A stretch of 64,000 nt of DNA, taken from the human T2T-CHM13v2.0 reference genome, Homo sapiens. Where the stretch lies: assembly GCF_009914755.1 (NCBI RefSeq), contig NC_060927.1; one strand, written 5' to 3'. Shown piece by piece: positions 1 to 20,957 of this stretch. The notes beneath the pieces are model-generated. The model worked only from the letters and a program-made list of their open reading frames with translations, was not told where the DNA came from and made no database searches. The translations under genes were made by a program, and so were the position numbers. How positions within the stretch are numbered: position 1 is the first letter of the stretch; the number at the start of each line of letters is the position of its first letter.

Positions 1-700
1 CTTGAGGCTCTTTTTCCCTAAATTGGCTGCCGGGTGCTTTAACTCAATTATCACAGGTCTCCACTGACTTCCACTTAAGGATTTGGATTAACTATAAAAC
101 TGCTATATAATTGTCCTTGAATATTAGAATATAAAACTATAATATATTCCTCACCCTTAATCTGAATTATTTCCTTCTGGGTATACATGACGCCAAAGTA
201 AATCACTCCTACAGCTCTGATGTCATTTATTTACCCATAAGCATACCAATAAAAATAAGCAACATGGAGTAATTAGTAATAAAATTCTAAAATACTATTT
301 GATATTTAGAGTTAATCAACGTAGTTTGGAGTAATCGCTCCTTTTTTGAAATTCCTTTTGCTGCCCTCCTCCTCCCTGAGCCACAACTCCTGACTCCACT
401 CTCCAGATGACATCTGATAGCACCATACTCTGAAACCAATCCAAACCCTCTTCTCAGAGTTTACCAATAGGACAGAGTGCTATTGAGTAAATTAACTGCT
501 GTATGAAGCCAGGCAGTTGAACAGGAAGGTTATACAACACTGGGGCCAGGACTGAAAACAGAGGGTTAGTAAAGGGAAAGAAGAGCAAAGAAAAATGTAG
601 ATGGGAGAGACCACTAGGATCTGGAAAGATAGTAAGAGATGTTCCTTTCCAGTTTCCTTTCCAGTCCTCTGAGTAGCCCAGCTATAATTTGTTTCCTGCC

Positions 701-1055
701 TGATATGATATGGCTGTATCCTTATGCAAATCTCATCTTCACTGTAGCTCCCATATTTCCCAGGTGTCACGGGAGGGGCTTGTAGGAGGCAATTGAATCA
801 TGAGTGTGGATCTTTCCCATGCTGTTCTCATGATAGTGAATAAGTCATGAGATCTGATGGTTTCATAAAGGGTTCCCCTACACAAGCTCTCTTGCCTGCT
901 CCCATGTAAGATGTGCCTTTGCTCCTCCTTTGCCTTCTGCCATGATTGTGAGGTCTCAGCCATGTGGAACTGTGAGTCCATTAAACCTCTTTTTTAAAAT
1001 AAATTATCCAGTCTCAGCTATGTCTTTGTTAGCAGCATGAGAACAGACTAATATA
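701..1055 (+). mobile_element. THE1-family (ERVL-MaLR) solo LTR
   Basis: Begins TGATATG, ends ...GAACAGACTAATATA; typical THE1 body; 5-bp TSD CTGCC at 696-700 and 1056-1060. Confidence 0.9.
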
Positions 1056-1918
1056 CTGCCCCTGTGTGATGTGAAGTCACTTGTTGATGACCTCTTTTTC
1101 TTAAGCTGATTTAATTGGATTTCATTTTTTATAAACAGTCATGCCCTTCATAAACCCAGATTAATTCAGTTAATAATATGAACTTGCAGAAAGTCTGAAT
1201 TGGTGACATACATTTCTAAGCGAGTAATATTCTACATTATGGAGTCTAAAAAGATGTTTCAAAATCTGTTTGATACACATCTCCTATCATTTTTTGCACA
1301 ATTCACATACTTTTCATATATATTGCAAAACTAAATATCAATCCAAAGGATATAAGTATTGTCAAATTATGAAATAGGAGGATGAAAATTGTGAGATTAA
1401 ATTGGACTAAAGCAAGATTTGAAAATGGCACATCATTTCCTTTTGGACCTTCCATACAGTTAAAAAGCCTTTTGAAAGTATGCTGGCTTCTTAAAAATAA
1501 AGTCAATAGACATATTCCAGGGACACTAGATAATAATGTCTTTAGGATAATAACTGGCGACACACCTTATTTGGAACAACTTTTGCAAGGAGATACTAAA
1601 CAACCACAGAATTAACACAAATGCCTGAGATTATATCCACAAAGCACTAATTTTAGATAGCTTACACAATACAAAATTTAGCAAGGAGTACTAAGGCAAG
1701 GAATGTGCCTGTGAATTCTTCTTCAAGTCAATGCCAAAAGCTTATTGACTAAGGCTGTTTATACCCGGATTAGAGCCACATCAGCTGAAACTAACACTCC
1801 ACCCTCTTCCCTTAGTTCCCTTGCATCTCAGATGGCCTATTAAATTCTTTACTAAAATGTCCTTTAGGGACTTCATATTATGTCTTCCTCCTCCTAGACA
1901 TAATAGGACATTAGAAGA

Positions 1919-2271
1919 GTCTCTTATTGCATTCAGACTACTATAACAAAATTCCAAAAACTGAGTGGCTTATAAACAACAGAAATCTATTTCTCACAGT
2001 TTGCAGGCTGGGAAGTCCAAGAGCAAGTCACCAGCAGATTTGGTGTCTATGTTCCTCATAGACAGCCGTCTTCTCACTCTAACCTCAGGTAGTGGAAGAA
2101 GCCAAGGACCTTTCTCAAGCCTCTTTTATAAAGACACTAATCCCATTCACGAGGGCTTTGCCCCCATGACCTAATCACCTCCCAAAGACCTCCCCTCCTA
2201 ATACCATAACCTTGGGAGTAAGGATTTTAATGTATAAATTTGGGTAGACATAAACAATTCACACCATGGCA
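1919..2271 (-). mobile_element. MLT1A/MSTD-like MaLR LTR
   Basis: GGCTTATAAACAACAGAAATCTATTTCTCACAGTT...GGGAAGTCCAAG and CCCCATGACCTAATCACCTCCCAAAG motifs of antisense MaLR LTRs. Confidence 0.75.
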
Positions 2272-3080
2272 GAAAGATATCAGAACTGTTACATAACTAA
2301 CTTCTGGATCAGTCTTTCCCATTTTTGTGAGCTTTTTCTATCCAAAGAAGAAAATTGATGGCTAAATGTGATGTCTTATGTCTGTTGCATGTTAAACTTC
2401 ACCTTTGATAGAAAAATAATGGTCTGTCACATGGACACTCTTTGCATTGTGATTTCTTAACCTCGTTTTATGACAATTAATATTAGGCAGAAAATGATAT
2501 ATTAGTTAAATTTTAAGTTGATGACTCAATTCAAGTGATTTTTTTCATCTTCATTAGTGATCTAAGAATTAAAATAAATACTTGCTGATTAATTACATTA
2601 TTTTACATACTTCTTAAGACTCATAAGATAAAAGATAACCCCTTTGTCAGGGCGTGGAAAATTTCTTAAGTACATTAACTCATATACTCTTAATTAGTTA
2701 AGAGTAGAATTCCATCACACATTTTACAAAAATACCTTGTGCTTCCCCACAACAAGACATATAATCCAACAATGTTCCTTTCCTACTCTCATATGGCTAT
2801 GGAGGATTTCCAATAAATAATTTGCATTAACTCATATACTCCAACTTTATACTCTTAATTAGTTAAGAGTATATGAGTTAATGCAAATAAATTAAACCTA
2901 CAAATGAAATTTGCTTACAGAATTATTTACATAATTTATTGACTTAGAAAAGTTCTACTACGTACAATGAAAATATCGTCTATCCTAATAGTAAAGAAAT
3001 TTAAATAGAAATTGGTTGAATGACATTTGTTTAACTCTTTTGCTTATAGTACCTCTTCTGAATGAAAACATCAATACCTC

Positions 3081-3371
<291 letters not shown>

Positions 3372-3402
3372 TAGAATACAGGGAAAGTGGTACCTCAAGG
3401 AG

Positions 3403-6035
<2,633 letters not shown>

Positions 6036-6169
6036 TGGAGGATGAGAGGTAAATGTAGGTTGCAACATTAAGCAGAGTAGTGGGAATTTGAGCAAAGATT
6101 TGAAGGAGTTGGAGTTAATTAACCAAGTGGTTATCTCAGGTAAGATACAGGGGAACAGCTAGAACAATA

Positions 6170-6342
6170 GTTCTAAGTTAAGCATGTATCTGAATCCTCT
6201 GGTGGGGGCAGGGTTTAAAACACATTGATGAGTTTCATTCCCAAAGTTTCTGATTCAGTATCAAGGATGGGGACAAGAATTTACATTTCTTAAAGTTCCT
6301 AAGTGATGCTGTTGCTATTGATCCAGAAACTACACTTTGAAA
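6170..6342. mobile_element. MER5A-like hAT MITE
   Basis: AGTTTCTGATTCAGTA...GAATTTACATTTCT..AAGTTCC..GTGATGCTG...ACTACACTTTGA. Confidence 0.7.
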
Positions 6343-7196
6343 ATTGCTGAGGTAGAGGAAAAGCCCAAAGTGGGAATGTACATGAGAAATACAAATGTTT
6401 CCCTGAGCGAGGGCCACACAGGGAATAGCTGGAGCTATTCTAAAATAATTTTACTCAAGAGGGCTCCCTTCAGAGCCTGTGGGCTGAGAACCAAAAAATT
6501 GTGTGTACTAAGGGCAGAATTTCTGTGATCAATTGGAAAAGATAAGAGCTCTGCCTTGAAATTCTCACTTTCTCTCAACTAATGAAATTCACCCTTGTTT
6601 TCAAGACACGGATTCCTTCCCTTATAATCTGAACTTATTTCCCTATTGGTGTCTTTATTTACATTTGACTTTAGCTACTTTTCTGTTATAATATCTTCAG
6701 CTCCCTAGTTACCATGTGCTTCCCCACAGCAAGATATATAATCCAACAATGTTTCTTTTCCACTCTTATATGGCTACTGAGCATTTCCAAAGAAAAATTT
6801 CACAGTAGTATAGATTGATGCCTATTCAACTTTAAATGATACACAGAATTTGTTTATCTGCCTTTGTTCACCTTCCTTCCTATAGCAACTCTGCCAAATG
6901 TTCCTCTTACCTTCATGATCCCTGCCTCCTCCCCTTCCACAGATGACACTACCTTCCATCCAAAGAGAAAATAGAAATTATGACACATGAAGTTTCTGCC
7001 ATTTTCTACCAACACCTTAACACATACATGCTCACATATTCACCAGCTGTAAATTTACTTCCTTCACTTACCTTCTTCTTTCTGGCCTCAAATAAGATAA
7101 GGCAAGATACTTGGAAAAGTATGTGACATCAACTGAAGTATTCAATAAATTTGATTGGTTCGTTTCAGTCTTTTATTTTTTTTAATAGGTAACAAT

Positions 7197-7490
7197 GGCC
7201 GGGCATGGTGACTCACACCTGTAATCCTAGCACTTTGAGAGGCCGAGGCAGGAGGATCACTTGAGCCCAGGAGCTTGAGATTAGCCTGGGCAACATGATA
7301 AAACCCCGTTTCTACAAAAATTAGCCAGGTGTGCTGGGGAGTGCCTGTAATCTCAGCTACTAGGGAGTCTGAGGTGGGAGGATCACCAGAGCCCAGGAAG
7401 TTGACTCTGACATGTGCTGTGATCATGCCACTGCACTACAGCCTGGGTGACAGAATGAGACCCTATCTCAAAAATAAAATAAAATAAAAT
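7197..7490 (+). mobile_element. AluJ
   Basis: GGATCACTTGAGCCCAGGAG diagnostic; (TAAAA)n tail. Confidence 0.92.
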
Positions 7491-8795
7491 ATTAAAAAGT
7501 AAGTAACAAATGCATAATGGGTGCAAAATTTTAGAGTCTCTCCAAACTGTTTCCTTAGACACACATTCCTTGGAGATAATCACAGTTAACCACCTCTTGT
7601 GTATCTTTCTAGAAATATTCCATATACAAATAAGCAAGTACATTTATAAATTGTTTTTACATAAATAGTAACCTGCCATGTACACTTTTCAGCACTCATT
7701 TTCACTTTAAAATATGTTTTGGAAATTCTTTCATATCAAAATATAAAGAGCTGCTTTGTTCATTTTATGTATATACAATAATTTATTTGCCTACTTCTAC
7801 TGATATACATATTCATTTCTACCACATGCAAATATACTTATAGGGGAAGTTCTTAGAAATAGAATGACTGGATAAAAATGATTGCCATATTGTCTCCATG
7901 GGCTTACCAATCTATGTCAGCAGTGTGTTATTGTGCATGCTTTTCCTCACCCTCAATTAACACACAGTGTTTTTCATTCGTTCATTCATTTATTAAATAA
8001 TGTTTGAGTGACTAGCAGGAACCAAATTTTGTTCTAGGCCCAGGGATTAAAGTCTGTGCCCTTCTAGATCTTACATTCTAATGAGGGAAGACATATAATA
8101 AATTATAAATGGTGGTTAAATTTGTAATTCAAATTTTTACTTTGCCAGATTTAGTCCCATTACCATATACATATATCAAAGTATGTTTGTGTTTTACAAT
8201 AATCAATTTTCTCAACTTAAAGTTTCCATCTATTGCTTGCCTTTTCTAAAATTTCTAAATTTGAAGTGTTTTATTAGTAACCAAATCTTTTAAATGAGTA
8301 CTTCACATACATTTTCCCAATTTCTTCATCTTTTATTCATCCTTGAATATATTGTCTTCACCAATCTCTGGTGACTACAGATGCACAAGGTTGTGATTAA
8401 TCATCTATGTATTTTAAATTACATTTCAATCCAGATCTGCCTTCTAGACAACTAGACAACTCCATGTGGGCTATCTCATGATACCTTAGTCTCAATGTGT
8501 TTGAAACTACTTATTACTTTCCCCTGACCCTATATTCTTTTCAATCCCTTCTAAACCTCCTTTTCTTGTGTTCCCAATCATGTAAATGACATTATCATCC
8601 ACTAGTTGCCCATCGAGTAACAGAGGAATCAAACCTCCTTCTTCCTCAAGTCTCACCTCCTCCCCTCCAAAAATAAGCTATAGAATCATGTCATACGCTA
8701 AAGAAGCTTAAACCTGTTTTCTTTCTCTCCATCACCTTGTTTCATTTTTTTGGCTAGAGTCTCATTGTCTCACATCTCAGCTGCTTAATAATACC

Positions 8796-9127
<332 letters not shown>

Positions 9128-12100
9128 CTATTCTGCTTCATCTTCGGTCGCTCTCCATTGCCTCCAGGATTGTGGTATGTAAAGAGCTTCCTTTCCATTC
9201 AACTTTTCAATCCTCAACTGCCATAACCTATTCAAATTATTCTCCTACCATACTCTTCCTGGTATTATAACTTTGCAAATTCTATTTCTTCTCCCAAAAA
9301 TGCTCTCTCTGCAGCCTGCTCCCTTCAACCATCTATTGACTCAATAAACTCATTATTCAAGCCTAGCTTAAATTTAAAACTCCAGTGTAACATCTTTTCT
9401 ACTCCTCCCAGGCAAAACTGCTATAACCGTCTATGCATAATAATGGCTTTTAAAAAACACATTCACTAATAAATATAATGCATAGGCTACTTTAGAGTAT
9501 AAATTGTGCTTTGTATCTCATGTGGATGGAAGGGATTTCAAGAGATCCAGGCTTAAATACTCACTGCCGCCTGTCCAGTGAGAAAATAAAAATAAAAATT
9601 ACTTCCCGGAAACTCCTGTAAAATTACTAGGATTCACTTGCCTTTGGACACATGCCCTACTAAACTAATCATTATTATTAGTTAACAATCATTGCCAGGG
9701 AGTTATGATTTTTATTATCCATCAGGTTCATAATGGGAAATACCGACGGCACGCTTAAATTAGGATAATGCAGAAAGAACGTATTGATATAAGAACTATT
9801 TATAAAGATGTGGTGTGGGGAAGGGAGCTTAATCAATAGTCTAGGCAGGCTGCCTGTTCACCATGGCCAGGTATGAACATAGATGTCGGAATTACACATG
9901 ACCAGCACCCAGAGACAAGTCCCAATGAGCCACCAGTGCCAATTTGGTGTGAGAGACAACTCTCGAGCAGCAGATGATAATTGCTTATGCCACTGCTGAA
10001 ACCTCGTCTGCTCAGCAGGCAACCAGGGAAACTAATTTCCATGCGGAAGCCATGCCCAGATCCTATTACCCACCTCATTGTTGCCAACGGGCAACATCTT
10101 TGCAGAATTTGTGGCCTCAAGTAGAGAAAATGTCTTAACAACAACTATATTATTCATCATGCTGAATCCTCCCTCAGCTTCTGCTGATATCTCAGCAGAA
10201 TATTTTAAAATCCGCCAAGATTTTTCCATATTCAGTATTTCTATTATCAATGCACGTTAAAGTAAGAGAACAATTTTTCCATAGTTGTTTTGACTGGCTC
10301 GTACTAATGAGTCTATTTCCGAGTGCATGTTATTAAATTTACTGCTTGTTATAGTCTTAATATTTTATTTACCAGCTGGTATAGAAGCATTTCTATATTT
10401 TTATCAACAAATATGGCTGCTAGTATCTCTACTAGTATAAGAAAAAAAAGGTTTAGATGCCTGGCAATCTTTTTTTTAAAAAATGACTACCAGAATGCGT
10501 TTATCTCATCATATTGCAGTGATTCCTATATGTAATAGTGAGCTATTTGAGAAAATGTTTTATGGCATATTCATTTTTATATCCAGAGTGCCAACTATAA
10601 TGCTGGAACTAAATAAATGTTTGCAGAGTAGGTGTATGTGTCTTTTCCTGAACTACTGATCAGCAATATTCTTCCTGATTGCATGAGCTGCATCTTTTAT
10701 GCATATGTACTACATATAGAAACCAATACACACTGTATTGCTTAATAAACATTGATTGATTGATGCTCAAAACTTAGGAAACAAGTTTGGAGGTTTAGCA
10801 TTTATGTTCTCCAGTATTTTTTAATTCCATTCAGATGACAGTTCAGATTTGTTCTGTGCTAAGTCACAACTAGGGAATATATAAATCCATCATCCTTTAA
10901 CCATGTCACTTCTGAAATATCCAACATACTCTATAATATTTTATAATTTTATCTAAAACATATGAATTTTATTAGTATCGGTCTCAAGTGTACTTATTTA
11001 TTAAAATACTTTCAACCTAGAAATAATAATTGCTACTCTTATAGGAGTAACCAAAGTCAACGAAGTCTAGAAGTAATCAGAGTAACTTAATCAGAGTAAC
11101 TAAATAAGAACTTCTTATGTTTAAAATGTTAGTCCAAAAATCTTGGAGAAAATGAATGCTTCAAAAATCTCCAAAAAGGAGAAAAAAATCCAAATCTCAA
11201 AAAAAAATCCAAATCTTGCAAAAATCCAAATTTTGGAATCCAAGATTTGGATTTTTCTAAAAAAATCTTGGAGAATTGATACTATTTGGTATCAATTTCA
11301 GTATTCTCAAATGGTAAAAAGAATGTTAAGTCAAAGTACTTTAAGTTTTCCTTTCTTATCATTCAAATACAGACAAATGTGTCCTAATTATCTTGGAGCT
11401 GAATCTCAGTGTTAGTATGTTAATTATGTCCCGTTCTTCAGTGTGTATCTTTGCATTCCATGATAATTTACTGTCTAAAACAGGAAGAAACAAGATATTT
11501 TATTCTACAGCATTAAGTAAAGCCAATAAAATAAAATAAAAATAGATACCCTTCTTATTTAAAATCATGGACTTAACTTTAGATAAAGTCAGTGTACATT
11601 GCTACTAAACATACTAAACAAGTCTCAGCCAATCACTGCCTGCCTTATCCAAGTTTAAAAGGTAAGTTTTTCCTCATATTTTAGTTGATAGCCTTGGTTA
11701 GTGAGCAAACTGGAAGACCAGATTGCATTTGAGCAGAGCTCCAAATCATGGCCATATAACATCTGCCTTGTGTTGACTGCTGAACATTCTGTAATACCAT
11801 TAATTGAAGATGACAAATCAACTGCCCAATTTCAACTGACAGCAATTAGCACTCACACTATGTTACTAGACTTCTGCTTTATGTACCAGCCCCACCAAGC
11901 CATGAGTGCCCGATAAATGTCAGTATTAATCATTTGTCTTGTTTATGCTACTCAGTTAATCAGCTGGTACTTATTAAGCCTACCTGATGTAAAATGTACT
12001 TTAAGTATAAAGCTTAAGAGAATCAAAAGAGAAAAGTAGATTAAAGATTAAAAAAGAGAATGAATACTTTTAATTTAACATATTTACAAAAGAAAGATAG

Positions 12101-12309
12101 AATACAATGGAAGAGCATACATTATGATCAGGTGAAATACCTTTTGTTCCATTAATTACATTTGTATAAAATATAAGTAACAGTCTAGTTCCTGGTGCTA
12201 GTAAAAAACAAAAATAAAAGAGAGGGAAATAAATATGTTGTCCCTGAAATTGCTTAAACTGTGCCAGCTTAGCTTGATTAACTAATTATTATGGATCAAA
12301 AAAAAATCT

Positions 12310-12413
12310 AGCTGGACACCATGGCACACACCTATAATCCCAGTTATTCAGGAGGCTGAGGAGTTCAAGTCAAGTCTGGGCAACATAGCAAGACCCCCAT
12401 CTCTTAAAAAAAA
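12310..12413 (+). mobile_element. Alu monomer (FLAM-like), internally deleted
   Basis: CCTATAATCCCAG...GGAGGCTGAGGAGTTCAAG...CTGGGCAACATAGCAAGACCCCCATCTCTTAAAAAAAA. Confidence 0.75.
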
Positions 12414-13106
12414 CTGAAGTTGTTAAATCAAATATCATCACTAAAATTAATTTTCTTTTGAACATCACAACAGCTTTCAATAAGTTTTAACACACCCTAA
12501 GCATGTTATATTTTTCTAAATAATTTAACATATTTTTATTCATGTTTAAGAAAAATAGCTATTGTCACCCCTGATTTTGAGATAGACCTTGTCCAACCCA
12601 ATATTTTTCCCTAGATTAAGGTATTTATCAGATAGCTAACTTTACAAACAAAAGTTTTAAAATATTTTTCATATCTTGCACGTAGTTAAATATCAACTTT
12701 TTAGTAACTTTCCAGTAAGGGCACAGAATATCCAGATTCTTTGTCTAGTTCCTGGTGATAACCACTTACATAATACATTATTATATCCAATGTCACTATG
12801 GTGTGAAGTATTTGCCTTGCTTATTACTCAAGGAGAGGGAATGGTAGTCAAGGCGGAGGAAAAGATCATGACCATAAACTTTCAAAATTTCCATCTCTAG
12901 CTTGCTAACATATTACCTGTTTTTCATTTTAACTTACATAATAGGAGAATATACCATTCCTCATGTATGGTAATTGTACATTATTTCCTCCCACCATCCC
13001 CTTACATATTGTAGAATTAGAAAACTTGATATTAGACAGTGATGGTACTATGGATCCCATCAAAGGAAGACTGGGGTAAAAATTGAAATGCTTTTTACCC
13101 AGCTAG

Positions 13107-13626
<520 letters not shown>

Positions 13627-13720
13627 AAGCTGAGTCTTTTAAAGCTGAAATGACTTTCCTGAGCTCACACACACTATTATGTGGGGGAGTCACTTTAAAT
13701 GAATTTTTCTTGAAATCTAG

Positions 13721-17396
<3,676 letters not shown>

Positions 17397-17843
17397 GCAA
17401 TTGTGGGTTTTATTCACAGTAGTTGGTAGTCTCTTAATTAGTTGAAGTCATAATCTCAGGAATAAACATCAGTTTCTATTACCTTCACAACTCCACTTCT
17501 GCCATATCTCCCCACCCTTCCTTTACATTCCACCCCACACACTCAACTTCTTTTCTCTTTAGGTTTCAGCAACAGTCAAACAAAGCAAATAGTACAACCT
17601 ACTGAGTCTGTACATGTGTATTTCCTCTCTTTTCCATAGCAGGTGCTCCTGTAGCTGGTTTCAGTGTGTTCATTGAATGTGGTGTCATTTTCTCTAAGAT
17701 TGTCATTGTTGCAATTTAATTATTTTCTCAAGTGTGGCAGACTAACAAGCAGATGTCTCTTGAAAACAATAACCAGATCCATTTAAGCAATGAGGTGTGC
17801 GTATATGTAAATTCCATTTAAAATAAGAATGCCTTCTTCTTTC

Positions 17844-18125
17844 TTTTTTTTTTTATGTCTCACTCTGGCCTGTCACCCAGGCTAGAGTTCAGTGGCAGAT
17901 CTCAGCTCACTGCAACTCCACCTCAAGCAGTTCTCATGTCCAAGCTTTCCGAGTAGCTGGGATTACAGGCACCTGCCACCACACCTGGCTAATTTTTGTA
18001 TTTTTAATAGAGATGGGGTTTCACCTTTTTGACCAGACAGGTCTCAAATTCCTGACCTCAAGTGATCCACCCACCTTGGCCTCCCAAAATACTGGGATTA
18101 CAGGCATAAGCCACTGTGCCCTGCC
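17844..18125 (-). mobile_element. AluS with small deletions
   Basis: Antisense Alu. Confidence 0.9.
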
Positions 18126-18299
18126 CTTTCTAAATATTTTTAAATATCGAGATATTTTTAAATATCTCAGATATTTTCTACATATCTAAGCTAGAGAAAG
18201 GGACTTCTAAAAATCTTAAGGGTGTTGCCCCACAGCCCTAATAGTCTAAGAATAGTCTGAAATAGTCTGAAAAAGAAGAAAGTCTGTCTTGGAAAGAAT

Positions 18300-18970
18300 T
18301 ATGCATATGACATTTGGGGCACGTAGTGACTGTCAATCCGATTCATAGGGAGACACAAAGTTTTGAAGAAAACTATACTAACTTGGACTAAAAGGGAAAG
18401 AGCTCAAAATGAAAAGACTTTCTGTAGGCAGAAAGCAGGCTAAGAAGGCTCCTTAGCTATAATCCAGACTACTTTCCAGAGACCAGACAGGATCTCTTCA
18501 AGAGCAGAGTCAAGAGCCTGGAGGGCGTTTCAAGAGCCGTGGAGTGCAGTGAATTAGAGAACCAAATCAGAAGCAGAAGTGGGCCCTAATGAAGGTAAAT
18601 TTCTAACCCTCAGAGGAGAGCACTCTGATAACATTTGTCTGGGTGAATTTCAGGTCAGTGGCCACTATGTGTTTCCCATTTCCTTATCTTTTTGAATAGG
18701 GGTGTCTATTGCAATTATCCTGCCCTCAACTCACCATTACATATAAAGGATTGGAGAACAAATAAATCGCCTGTTTAGTTTACAGCTCTCTGAGTCAAGA
18801 TGCACTGCAGCCTCAAGGAGCCTCATCTGTTTCTTGACTTGATACAATACATGAGATCATGGACTTCAAAGACTTGGTGCCATGATTAGATGAGATCTGG
18901 GGGAGCTTGGGGAGCACGTGAATATATTTTGCTTATGAAATGGATGGAAGTCATTGGAGCCAACAGACAA
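18300..18970 (+). mobile_element. Old MaLR (MLT1-type) internal-region fragment
   Basis: 3' end GTGAATATATTTTGC..ATG...TTGGAGCCA resembles the end of MaLR internal regions (cf. 5620-5682); diverged. Confidence 0.45.
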
Positions 18971-20344
18971 ACTAACGGGAACATAATTCATAAACTAAGA
19001 AAGAATAGGTCAGACATCTAGGAAACACAAGCACACCCCTAAGTTGGACATGGACAGTTAAAGCAAGACATGGTGGGGAGGGATGAGTATTCAAAGCCAA
19101 AAAGTTAAGTGTACAAATCTGAGAAGTGTATGTCAGGATCCTAGAGGCCAGATCCAGCAGGCAGTGATTTAAAAAAATAGGGAAAAGAAAATGTATACAT
19201 ATACATGGCAAATATAGGCAAGGTTCCATTGACTGAAGTGCTGTAAAAGCCTTGCAGAGTTTCCCATCTCTCTCAGTAAGCAGGTCTTCACTGATACAGA
19301 AGAGTTATGGAGCAATCCTATACATTTTCATACTCCAGCCCTGGAATCACTCCCTAAATTCAAAACTCTACAATCCCAGGCTCGGAACCTAACTGCAATC
19401 TCATCTTTTTGTCATCCTTGCACATTACCTGAGCCCACTTTACACCTGCTCCTGAACCTCATCAGGACCTCAAATTACTCAATGCTGGCCTATTTTCTCA
19501 GCTTGTTGCCCTCTCTGGCCTGCTGTTTTATGAAACTAGTACTGATCCAGCACACCCAACAACATTTTCCCTTGGCCTCTGACCCCAATCTGCATCCCAA
19601 TTCCTGATCCAATCCTGAATAAATTGAATTATCTTTTACTTAGCAATATAAACCCTAAATTTCAAGCACTAATGGAAGAGTAAAAAAACATAGACCATTT
19701 TTATTCCAGTTACCTTTTGAAGGTTATAATTTCAGCTATATTCTCAAAAGCATTCTTTAATCTTTTTGCTTACGCCTTTTCCCTGGAGCAGCAGCACTAC
19801 TCTCTTCAAGCTGTACCTTGCCACCTGCACACCTCACTCTGCCAAAACTCAGATATCCTTTCACTTACCTTCTTAAACATTTCTAAGACTTCTGACTGCC
19901 TACAAAATAAAACCTGGTGTCCTTACCATGGCATGCAAGCCTCCTTTGTCTTCCTCAGTTAATTTTCATCTCTCACCCCCAACTCTAGCCCTAAAGTGCC
20001 TTTGCAGTAAGTAGGTAGCACATCAGACTGCTGATTTCACATGTCTGATGCATCCTGCATTTTTATGCCTCTGCTTTTGCTCATACTTTTTCCTGTACCT
20101 GCAAAGGCTTTCCCTGTTTAACCATGCTATGATTAATTAATTATCCCTCACCAGTATTTCCAGGAAACTTTATACATATCTCCATAATGCCCTTATTGCA
20201 TTGTATAATTGTATTATATGTTAACAGTTTTCATGGCCAAAGCTAGCTTCTTAATGACAAGTACAAAGTGTTGTTTTGTTTTGCTGTTTTGATTTGTTTT
20301 GTTTTGTCCAGGGATAGATTTTTCTTGGTGGTGGTAGGAAAGAG

Positions 20345-20662
20345 GTTTTTTTGTTTGTTTGTTTTTGTTTTTGTTTTGAGACAGAGTTTTGCTCTTTCGC
20401 TTCTGTTGCCCAAGCTGGAGCGCATGGCATGATTTTGGCTCACTACAACCTCTACCTCCCAGGTACAAGTGATTCTCCTCTCTCAGCTTCCCAAGTAGCT
20501 CAGATTACAGGCATGTGCCACCACACCCAGCTAATTATTTGTATTCAGAAGAGACGGGGTTTCACCATGTTAGTCAAGCTGGTTGCAAACTCCTGACTTC
20601 AGGCCACCCACCTTGGCCTCCCAAAGTGCTGGGATTACAGGCGTGCACCACCACACCCAGCC
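20345..20662 (-). mobile_element. AluS
   Basis: Antisense Alu with (GTTT)n tail. Confidence 0.92.
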
Positions 20663-20957
20663 AAAAGAGGTATTTTTATAACTCTCAGATTTAGTAGCAC
20701 AAAAATAACACTCACTAAAAAAGTTCTTAAAGGAATAAATGAAAGCAAAGAAATATAAGAGCAAAAGGGAAGTCTCAGAGTTGAAAAGGCAGTAAAAAAA
20801 TTGGAAAGCACTATGAATACATTCCTACTGTTATAATCAACACATGTAGACCTGGTTGCTACCTTAAACATTAATTTTATTGGATATTTGCTTACACTTG
20901 AACACCCTTCTCATTTTGTAACATAATCTTTATTTTATAGAAAAAGTAGTTACTTGA

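Noticed and set aside
9833-10260. Overlapping small ORFs (60-103 aa)
   Set aside because: Non-ATG starts or no recognisable homology; lengths expected by chance.
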